From contig JAANOX010000237.1 in assembly GCA_020184695.1 (NCBI GenBank), positions 1 to 64,000 of the forward strand: DNA of 64,000 bases, given 5' to 3'. Position numbers and translations under genes: made by a program. Under the pieces are notes generated by a model. That model saw only the letters and a program-made list of their open reading frames with translations, was not told the DNA's origin and made no database searches. Below, one piece after another: positions 24,601 to 33,522 of this stretch. The first letter of the stretch is position 1. Each line of letters begins with the position of its first letter. The stretch is from Histomonas meleagridis 2922-C6/04-290x (lineage: Eukaryota; Protista; Parabasalia).

Positions 24601-24770
24601 ATTGATATTAATGCTAAAGATATTTATTTCTTTTATTTGAAATTTATTTTAATATTTTGATACTTCAAAATATTATTTGGAAATTATTTAAATCATTTAA
24701 AACAGCACTTATGATTGCATCTGATGAAGGTTATACAGAAATAGTTAAATTAATTCATAACCAAGAGTGA
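21640..24770 (+). CDS. DUF3447-type ankyrin-repeat gene, locus 1; 12 ankyrin modules each preceded by a non-canonical insert
   Basis: N-terminal ORF from ATG 21640 has LIDYAAFFGSVKCFKYLL and YAVAGGNEEIIHLCEQ, with Inr-like TCATTA at 21616. It is followed by 11 stop-free 90-nt ankyrin modules and a terminal module ending in TGA at 24768-24770. Confidence 0.8.
22783..24770 (+). repeat. Tandem array of ankyrin module (90 nt) plus insert (80/63/83 nt); period 170 nt
   Basis: The AAT (Asn) codon of each GIDIN motif falls at 22771, 22941, 23111, 23281, 23451, 23604, 23757, 23930, 24100, 24270, 24440 and 24610. Confidence 0.95.
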
Positions 24771-25087
24771 GTTAATATTGAAATAAGAATTGTAAAAATT
24801 GAAAATTACAATTTTTTTAATGATACATCATCAAGTGATTTTATACATATTTTTAAAATTTTTCTCTCGTTTAATATATGAAAAAAAATTATTTACAAAC
24901 TTTGAATTACCAATAATTTTTTTATAAATCAAATATTTCAACTGGAGCTCCAGGAATTCCATATTCCTCCAATAAGCAAAATGAAATTTTACAAACCAAA
25001 TAATTCAAATTTGAATAAAAATTCAATGCCAGTTAGAACATTCGAACTTTTTGATTGTGTCGATAACCTTTTAATTTGTGTGTGCAG

Positions 25088-28042
25088 ATGCTTCAAAAAG
25101 TTGATTTGAACAAGTCCCTTTGGATGAGCGATTTGATATCCTTATTCCAACAACAGTCTTATAAAGACGCATGGGATAACTATGAAGAAACATTAAAGAA
25201 AAGAACTAAGTTAATCATGTGGGATTATATTGTTCTTACAGCTTCTAATGAAGACCAAGCAACTAGTTATCAAGCTCAAATTGACCATAGACTAAAATTG
25301 CACAAGTTACCTTCGAAAACAAATTATGTTGTTCTTTCAGATCCTGAAGGGAAGCGAGTTGGAAGTGGAGGAGCAACTTTAAATGTTTTAAGATACATAG
25401 CAAGGAGCAATCCAAGCAAGGAAGAATCTTTTCGCAATATAAGAATTTTAGTTATTCATTCAGGTGGAGACTCCAAAAGAGTTCCTCAATATTCTGCATG
25501 TGGTAAATTATTTTCACCAGTTCCAAGAGTGCTTCCAGATGGCAGGAGATCAACTCTTTTTGATGAATTCATTATTGCTATGAGTGGTGTAGCCTCACGT
25601 ATGTCCGCTGGTATGCTTGTTTGTTCTGGTGATGTATTATTATTATTCAATCCTCTTCAAATTGATTTCTACAGTAAAGGTGCCGCTGCCCTTTCCATCA
25701 GAGAATGTAAGGAAACAGGTAAAGACCATGGAGTTTACCTTAAAGACGAAAATGGAAATGTTGGTCGATTTCTTCATAAGCAAACAATTGAAACCTTAGA
25801 CTCACTTGGTGCAATAGACCAAAGAGGAAATGTTAATATTGACACTGGATCTGTTATATTTCAAGCAGAAATGTTAATTGATTTATTTAAATTAATTGAC
25901 ACTGATGAAAAATTCAATAAGTTTGTGAATGAAAAAACAAGGTTATCTTTTTATGCCGACTTTTTATATCCTTTAGCTAGTCATTCAACACTTGAAAAAT
26001 ATTATCTTGAAATACCTGAAGGAGATTTCACACCAGAACTACATGAATGCAGGAAAATTTTATGGGATACCCTACATAAGTATCAAATGAAATTAATTTG
26101 TCTTTCTCCTGGTTCTTTTATTCATTTTGGTACAACAATTGAGCTGCTAAACTTAGTCAATCCAGAAATTGACCGTTATCATTATTTGGGGTGGTCCAAA
26201 CACGTTAAGATCAATTCCACAAATCCAAGTTTTGCAGGTAATAATAGTTTTATAAGTCCAAATTCTAATATTGGTCAAGGTTGCTTTATTGAGGATAGTT
26301 ATATTGATAAAGGAACCAATATTGGTAAAAATTGTGTCATTTCTTGTGTAACTCTTAATGGACAAACTATTCCAGACAATGTTGTTCTTCATTGCTTAAA
26401 ACTAAACAATGGGAAATACTGCGTCAGGATTTATGGAATTAATGATAATCCAAAGGAAAGCAAAATATTTGATATTAATCTTTCAGAAAGCTTATGGAGC
26501 AAGCCACTATACCCTGTTCGTGACAGCGTAAAAGACGCTGTAGATGCAACCCTTGCAGTTTATTCCCAGGGTTTTACAGATATTGAAGATAATTCATTAT
26601 CACTTATGAGTAGTTATCAAATGGCAGATGTCTCCTCCATCATTCCCTGGCAGAACAAACTCAATGATTATATTGAAGTTGAATCACTTTTATATGTAAT
26701 TAAGCAAAAAGGAAATCTCTTCAAAGCCATCAAAGCTTTTAATGGTAGTATTACCCCATGTGCAGAAGCTATGCTTAACGAAAAAGCGTCTTCACTTTCT
26801 AATAGAAATCTTGAAGATTTTAGTTGTAAGATACGCATTTACTATGCACTTTCGCTTTTATTTACTGATGAAAAGCATGATAATTATCTTGAGTTATGTT
26901 TTGGGTCTATTCGTAATGGTATTCTCCAACAATCTGAATTTAAGTATGATAAAACATGTACCATATCTTGCCCTGAAGTAACAGTTGAATTACCCGTTCG
27001 TGTTAATTGGGGTGGTGGTTGGAGTGATACACCGCCTTACTGTATGGAAAATGGAGGAAATGTTTTGAACGCATCCATTGTTTTGAATGGTCGTAAACCA
27101 GTCAAAGTTACCGTCAAGAAGATCAACGAGCATAAAATCATATTTTCAAGCGAAGATAATGGTTCATATGAAGAATTTACTTCATTAGATCCTTTACAAT
27201 GTAATAACAATCCTTTTGATCCATTTGCATTACATAAGTCGGCATTAATTGCATGTGGAATAATTCCATATTCCGAAAAAGTTGATTTTGATCAACTTCT
27301 TACACGCTTAGGTGGCGGCATTTCTCTTTGTACTCAAGTCGAAAATATACCACGAGGTTCAGGATTGGGTACATCATCAATTTTGGCTGGTGCATGCGCA
27401 AAAGCAATTTCTCAATTCTTAGGCAAAACGCCCACTGACTGTGAGTTATTTAACTATGTTTTATGTATGGAACAGATCATGTCGACTGGCGGCGGTTGGC
27501 AAGATCAAATTGGAGGTCTTATAAATGGGATTAAAATGATCAACACCATATCAGGGATGCACCAAAACATCAATTTTTCCATACTTAAGATCCCAGATCA
27601 AGCATTACAAGAATTAAATGATCGATTTTGTTTAATATATACCGGCCAACGACGACTTGCGCGTAATTTGCTACGGGATATCATCGGTAAATACGTTGGA
27701 GGTGACGAAGAAGCTGTTGAAGTATTATATGAAATTCAAAGAATTGCAGTTTTGATGAAACTTGAGCTGGAAAAGGGAAACATCGACCGCTTTTCGAATT
27801 TGTTAAATGAACATTGGGAGCTGGCTAAGAAATTAGACAAAGAATGCACAAATACATGTATCGAACAAATCTTTTTGGCGGTCAAAGATTTGATTTGCGG
27901 GAAAATGATTTGTGGAGCTGGCGGCGGCGGGTTCTTGCAGGTAATTCTGAAAAAGGATGTGAAGATCCAACAGCTTAGAGAAAGGCTTCTCGATGTATAC
28001 CAAGACATCGGTGTGGATGTTTGGGAGTGTTCGCTTAAGTAA
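25088..28042 (+). CDS. fkp: Bifunctional L-fucokinase / fucose-1-phosphate guanylyltransferase
   Basis: N-domain WDYIVLTAS, DPEGKRVGSGGATL, IHSGGDSKR; GHMP kinase C-domain PVRVNWGGGWSDTPP, PRGSGLGTSS, STGGGWQDQIGG, GAGGGGF. Confidence 0.93.
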   Translation: MLQKVDLNKSLWMSDLISLFQQQSYKDAWDNYEETLKKRTKLIMWDYIVLTASNEDQATSYQAQIDHRLKLHKLPSKTNYVVLSDPEGKRVGSGGATLNVLRYIARSNPSKEESFRNIRILVIHSGGDSKRVPQYSACGKLFSPVPRVLPDGRRSTLFDEFIIAMSGVASRMSAGMLVCSGDVLLLFNPLQIDFYSKGAAALSIRECKETGKDHGVYLKDENGNVGRFLHKQTIETLDSLGAIDQRGNVNIDTGSVIFQAEMLIDLFKLIDTDEKFNKFVNEKTRLSFYADFLYPLASHSTLEKYYLEIPEGDFTPELHECRKILWDTLHKYQMKLICLSPGSFIHFGTTIELLNLVNPEIDRYHYLGWSKHVKINSTNPSFAGNNSFISPNSNIGQGCFIEDSYIDKGTNIGKNCVISCVTLNGQTIPDNVVLHCLKLNNGKYCVRIYGINDNPKESKIFDINLSESLWSKPLYPVRDSVKDAVDATLAVYSQGFTDIEDNSLSLMSSYQMADVSSIIPWQNKLNDYIEVESLLYVIKQKGNLFKAIKAFNGSITPCAEAMLNEKASSLSNRNLEDFSCKIRIYYALSLLFTDEKHDNYLELCFGSIRNGILQQSEFKYDKTCTISCPEVTVELPVRVNWGGGWSDTPPYCMENGGNVLNASIVLNGRKPVKVTVKKINEHKIIFSSEDNGSYEEFTSLDPLQCNNNPFDPFALHKSALIACGIIPYSEKVDFDQLLTRLGGGISLCTQVENIPRGSGLGTSSILAGACAKAISQFLGKTPTDCELFNYVLCMEQIMSTGGGWQDQIGGLINGIKMINTISGMHQNINFSILKIPDQALQELNDRFCLIYTGQRRLARNLLRDIIGKYVGGDEEAVEVLYEIQRIAVLMKLELEKGNIDRFSNLLNEHWELAKKLDKECTNTCIEQIFLAVKDLICGKMICGAGGGGFLQVILKKDVKIQQLRERLLDVYQDIGVDVWECSLK

Positions 28043-28513
28043 TAATAAAATGGTTTTATAAATCGATGTGGATGAAGGAAATTGTTTTTTTCAACCAAAT
28101 CTATATTGTATCGAAAGGTACTTCAGTTGATGAATACTTACAATATATTGGCCAGCGCAAGCATTTGCAAGATCAAATGCTTTTACTACTTCAAATACTT
28201 TTACTAATTCAAATGCATTAAGTATTTCAAATCCTTTAACGTGTGAATCAACATTGTTTTTCACTTATTTATTGGCAAGTACTTTATCTTTGTCTTTAAC
28301 AAATTATCTTTTCCATAAAAATCTCCGTCTAATTATGCGGAGAATGTTTCAGAAACAGTTGTTGTTATATCGTATATTGTTTGATTATTTTTTAACGTTG
28401 TTTTATTTCTTCTGTGTTACTAATCCCGAAAAACAAACAAATTTTCATGTTAACAGAACGATAGTAAAAGTGACAACGGTTATCCTACTTTTAGTAACTA
28501 AAAAAATCATTTT

Positions 28514-29743
28514 ATGGCAGATAAAACAAAGGAACAGCTTATTCAAGAATATCTTCAATTGGAACATGAAGCCAATGAACTTCGAACTAACATTAAATGC
28601 TTTGCACATGATATGGAAGCAATCAATAAGAAAATCAAGATTGCAAATGAAACTGTTGAACTTGCCAATGAAGCAAAAAATAACCAAAGAAAACTTGAGC
28701 AAGAGGTCGCTAAACTTGAACGAGTTGCAGCAAAATGTGATACGCTTGCAGCCCGCGAATCTTTTGCTCAAAATAGCACACCTGAAGTTCGTGCCATCAA
28801 ACAAGAAATTGAAGAAGTATATGAACGTGTTCACAAACTCGAACGTCAAGTATCTCAAAAGACTATGGATGCCTCTTATTTAGAGCGTCAAATCGAATCT
28901 TTTATTCAAGATTCCAATGAACAACGCGAAGCTGCCAAGAAGCGTCTTACTGTTGTTTATTCCAACATCCAAAGTGCACGACGTGAGATCACCAAAACTC
29001 GTTACAATAATTTATCTGCCTATCTCACCAAACAAAACCAACTAGTTCAAGCTGAGATCGAATTCCAAAACCTTGCACTCCAATCATCACTCTACACCCA
29101 ACTAATAACATCCCTTAACACAGAAATCTCATCATTATCAGATGACACCAACAATGAATCTGCGCTTGCAAATGAGCTTTCCAAGATCAGCAATGTCATT
29201 GATCTCATCCCCACTCACGAGGACGTCTCTCTCGACGAGCAAAAGCGACTTGAGACATCATGCGAAATCCAAACGAACGAAATTAACGATGTCGAAAAGC
29301 GCATCATGTCATCGATTGACGAGATGTCGCAAGCGGAGGATCAACAGGACGAGCTTGCGCATAAGCTCCACGAAGAACATACGCGTAACGAAGAGCTCGA
29401 AATGAAACTTCGTCAAATCGATTTGACAATATCAAATCAAAAGGTGCAAATCAAAACAATGCGCGAACAAGACGCAAATAAAGTCGACATCGCGAAGGAG
29501 GAAATAAATCGGCTGCCGGGAGAGATATCGAAGCTGATCGAGCAAAACTCCGAAACAGAAATCAAAATCCAGAAGCTCAAAGAGGGCGACACGGCGTCGA
29601 CAATGAACGTGATTAAGTCACCGTTCGATAACTTGAGAATGAAAATTATCAACGAGACAAAGGAAATTAACGAGAAAATTAGAGAGCTCGAAGCTGAGGA
29701 GGCAAAACTGAAAGAACAATGCAAAGGAATAAGCGAAAAATAA
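28514..29743 (+). CDS. Coiled-coil hypothetical protein (409 aa)
   Basis: Long ATG-started ORF with heptad-like E/K/Q-rich composition. Confidence 0.75.
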   Translation: MADKTKEQLIQEYLQLEHEANELRTNIKCFAHDMEAINKKIKIANETVELANEAKNNQRKLEQEVAKLERVAAKCDTLAARESFAQNSTPEVRAIKQEIEEVYERVHKLERQVSQKTMDASYLERQIESFIQDSNEQREAAKKRLTVVYSNIQSARREITKTRYNNLSAYLTKQNQLVQAEIEFQNLALQSSLYTQLITSLNTEISSLSDDTNNESALANELSKISNVIDLIPTHEDVSLDEQKRLETSCEIQTNEINDVEKRIMSSIDEMSQAEDQQDELAHKLHEEHTRNEELEMKLRQIDLTISNQKVQIKTMREQDANKVDIAKEEINRLPGEISKLIEQNSETEIKIQKLKEGDTASTMNVIKSPFDNLRMKIINETKEINEKIRELEAEEAKLKEQCKGISEK

Positions 29744-30543
29744 ATATATTGTGATTTTGGATTGTGTTTTTGGTGGACAAATAACAACTCAAAATGATGT
29801 AAACTTCTGAATTGTTGCCACTGATATTTTTGCATATTCTTTAATGATATTACTGGATATTACACTAAATGAGCAACATTATGTATTTATTGACTTGGCA
29901 GAATTTATATCAAATTTTGATTTTTTGTGATTCTGAAAATGTTTAAACATTTTTCCCGATGGTATAATATTTAGATATATAATAGTTTAAAATTAGTGAC
30001 CCAAAATTTTTGCATGTCAAAAGCAGATCTTGCGAGCAAGATTTATGTAAATCGGAAGAGAATTTGCATTTTCCTATCACTTTTCATACGCTCTGAACGT
30101 CGTTAAAATTTCATGAGGATAACTCGAATATTTTCATTGGAGTTTGATCTTTCAATAATTTTTTATAAGATGAAAACAATGTCATAAAGTGAGAAATCCA
30201 TAAAGGCATTTGGCCCTTTTTTCTGAATACCTATATTTTTTTGAACATGAAAAGTATCTTCACCTAGGAAACCAGCAGCCAGCGCCCACATTGCAGCGGT
30301 TTTTTGAATGCTCGTTGATCATCAAAATGGTCACAAGTATTCAAATCGGCAAATGATTGAATGCAACCGATTTTAAGGTTGTTATTTTACAGATATGAAT
30401 TGCAATATTTTTGAAATTTATTCAATTTATTCATTATCATTACTTATGATTTCTTATTTGGTATCATTCAAAGAAAGGACATTTTATGTTTATATGCTTT
30501 CTTTTGTTATTAAGCAATGTAAATATTTTGTAAATTATATTTA

Positions 30544-32335
30544 ATGTATAGTTTTTTGTTGAAATATTTAACATTTATATGTAATTTTGTTCATCAAAAT
30601 ATATTAAATATCATTTCTATTAATAAATCTGATTATAAAATTAAAATTAATTTAAAAAATATTAATTTTCGAAATATTTATAACATAAAACAATATAATT
30701 CCAAAATTTTATTTTTATTATTCATTTTATTTTTGAAACATTTACTTGAAGCATATAATTCAGCAGCTTTAACATTTACTATTACAACTTTGGATGAGTA
30801 CAATGAACGAAATTCATATAAAAATGTAACACAATATATTATAATTGAAGATAATATTCAAGAATTCACTGAAATTGGTTTAAATGCATTCTATGGCTGG
30901 GATTCATTAATTTCAGTTCAAATCGGAAATTCGATTAATATAATTGGTATTTTTTCATTTGCAAATTGTTTTATATTAGAAAATGTGGTTATTGGAAGCA
31001 ATGTAAAAGAAATTAGATTAAATGCATTTCAATCATGTGGCTCATTAAATAATATTTTAATTCCAGATTCAACCATAAATATTGAAAATTATGCATTCTC
31101 TTCATGCACTAGTATTGAAGCAGTTTTTATTGGCAATAATGTAAAAACAATTGGAATTGGTGCATTTATGTCGTGCAATTCTTTAATTAATATTACAATT
31201 CCTAAATCAGTTACGTCATTAGGGTCTAGTATTTTTGTTGGGTGTTCAAAACTTCAATTTATTAATGTTTCTAATGAAAACATGAATTATTCTTCTAAAA
31301 ATGGAGTTCTATATAATAAAAATTATTCCACTATTATTTTTTATCCAACAGGAACAAAATGATACGTTTGAAATACCAAATTCTGTTATAACTCTAAGCG
31401 ATTATTCATTTTATAATTGTTTAAATTTATTTAACGTTATTATTCCAAATTCAGTTATTTCAATTGGAAGTTCTTCTTTTTTTTATTGTTTATCATTAGA
31501 TAATATAATAATTCCAAATTCAGTTGCTTATATTGGAAGTTCAGCTTTCCAAAATTGTCATAATTTAAAATGTATTTATTTTTTAGGTTATGAATCACCA
31601 AATATAAGTTCAAATGCATTTAATAATATTGGAACAAATTATATCATGACATCATATTTATATGAAGGAACAATGTTCGGAACACTTAATGTATCAAAAG
31701 GAATCCCAATTGACGGATGTTCACAAGGTCTCCTCCCAACAAATACATTTACAAATTCATTCACTAATTCAAATACATACACTAAATCAAATGCTTTTAC
31801 AAATACATTTAAGAAGTCAAATGCATTAAATATTTCAAATTCTTTAATAAGTGATTTAACTTTATCTTTCACTTATTTATTAACAAATACTTTATCTTTT
31901 TCTTATTCTTTAACATTTTATCTTTTCCAGTCTAAATCATATTCTTTATTTATGATAAATTCATCAAACATTTATAGTGAAACAATATTTATATATTATG
32001 ATTATTCAATCATTGTTTATTCTACTTATTATAAATATTATTCTAATTTTTATACGATATTTTTTATTGATTCAAAACAAAACAAAGATAACAATAAAAT
32101 GACATTAATTATCATAATTATTATTTGTATTATCATAGTAATTATTATTATTGTTATCGTAATTGTTACAATAATAATTCGAAAAAGAAACCAAAAAGAA
32201 GATATTTATGAATCCTCAGAATTAACTGAAAAAGAAGATCAAAAAACAAATATATTTGCGGCTGGATCAAATATATCGTCTATTGCTGAAGACCCATTCG
32301 CAGATGACTTTAAAGAAGAAAAATTTATTTCTTAA
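30544..32335 (+). pseudogene. BspA-like LRR surface protein with a frameshift at ~31350
   Basis: TpLRR repeats (IG..AF..C..L..I.IP.SV) in two consecutive frames (30544-31362 and 31301-32335); TNxF spacer, TM helix and acidic tail EDPFADDFKEE. Confidence 0.75.
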
Positions 32336-32383
32336 GAATAAAAACTTATTTTCATTGATGCATTTGAATTTTTAATAAATTTA

Positions 32384-32800
32384 TTAGTTACGTTCACCAC
32401 GAATTCTTTGTGCAAGTTGAACATCACGTTCCATAATTGTAACACGATTTGCATGAATAGCGCAAAGGTTTGTATCTTCAAAGAGACCAACAAGATAAGC
32501 TTCAGATGCTTCTTGAAGGGCTGCAATAGCTGATGATTGGAAACGAAGATCACCACGGAACCCTGATGCAATTTCACGAACAAGACGTTGGAATGGAAGC
32601 TTACGGATTAAAAGATCTGTACTCTTTTGATATTTACGGATTTCACGAAGAGCAACTGTACCTGGTCTGAAACGATGTTGCTTCTTAGCACCTTGTGAAT
32701 CAACAACTGGTGTTGATTTACGAGCTGCCTTAGCACCGAGTGATTTACGTGGAGTCTTACCACCAGTAGATTTACGAGCTGTTTGTTTTGTACGAGCCAT
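32384..32800 (-). CDS. H3: Histone H3 (trichomonad type)
   Basis: [29 protein letters not shown]...IRGERN; ATG at 32800; Inr-like TCATAT just upstream. Confidence 0.99.
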   Translation of the reverse strand: MARTKQTARKSTGGKTPRKSLGAKAARKSTPVVDSQGAKKQHRFRPGTVALREIRKYQKSTDLLIRKLPFQRLVREIASGFRGDLRFQSSAIAALQEASEAYLVGLFEDTNLCAIHANRVTIMERDVQLAQRIRGERN

Positions 32801-32966
32801 TAAATAAATATGATATTTTCCCCGCCATTTTAAGCCCGCTTCTTTTGGCGCCTTTTTATTTTGACGATACGAGTCAGTCATTTTTGAATGAACAATCGAA
32901 AAAATTGAATGGGCGGATTTTCTTCTATCGTGTAATACAAAGAGCCCGCCGACATCAGTTTTATAA
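32801..32966. promoter_or_regulatory. Bidirectional H3/H4 promoter
   Basis: 166-nt divergent spacer with an Inr-like TCA(T/G)(A/T)T near each ATG and four CCCGC(C)-type boxes. Confidence 0.65.
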
Positions 32967-33272
<306 letters not shown>

Positions 33273-33522
33273 ACAATATAAATCCGAACATTTTTTGTTT
33301 TTTGACCTGAGCTAAGGGAGTATTTGGTTTGGATTCCTTTTTCACAAAGCTGGAGAAATTTCTCTTTGATTTTTGTATAGTTTAATCAAAACGATATGGC
33401 TTCTCGATTAACGGACTTAGCTTATCAAATTTGCGTAAACTTTAAAATATGGCGGTTTAGCTTGCTCACAAATTTCAAACGACAAGTATTGAAAAGAAAA
33501 CGATACACTTACTCGTTAAAAA

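Noticed and set aside
23535-24640. Small ORFs in the track (23535, 23834, 23965, 24147, 24458; also 43975) as separate genes
   Set aside because: They are single ankyrin modules plus read-in from flanking inserts, not independent genes.
22783-24770. Canonical GT-AG introns in the ankyrin array (GT at insert nt 9-10; AG within ACAGCA)
   Set aside because: GT is absent from several inserts and AG is absent where the module starts ACACCA, ACGCCA or ACGGCA. The GT(9)-to-ACAG cut removes 76 nt and leaves 94 nt per unit, which is out of frame. No ACTAAC branch point is present.
22783-24770. CRISPR-like repeat-spacer array
   Set aside because: Both alternating parts are homologous between units, the longer part encodes ankyrin repeats, the context is eukaryotic and there are no cas genes.
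22783-24770. Stop-codon reassignment or a single -1 frameshift site as the explanation
   Set aside because: The 80/83-nt inserts change frame regardless of stops. Stop positions conflict between inserts, and in 23123-23202 the upstream-frame stop precedes the last downstream-frame stop. Other genes use TAA and TGA as normal stops.
33273-33340. Histone 3' stem-loop
   Set aside because: No metazoan-type hairpin after H3 or H4. The H4 stop is TAAA, consistent with polyadenylated trichomonad histone mRNAs.
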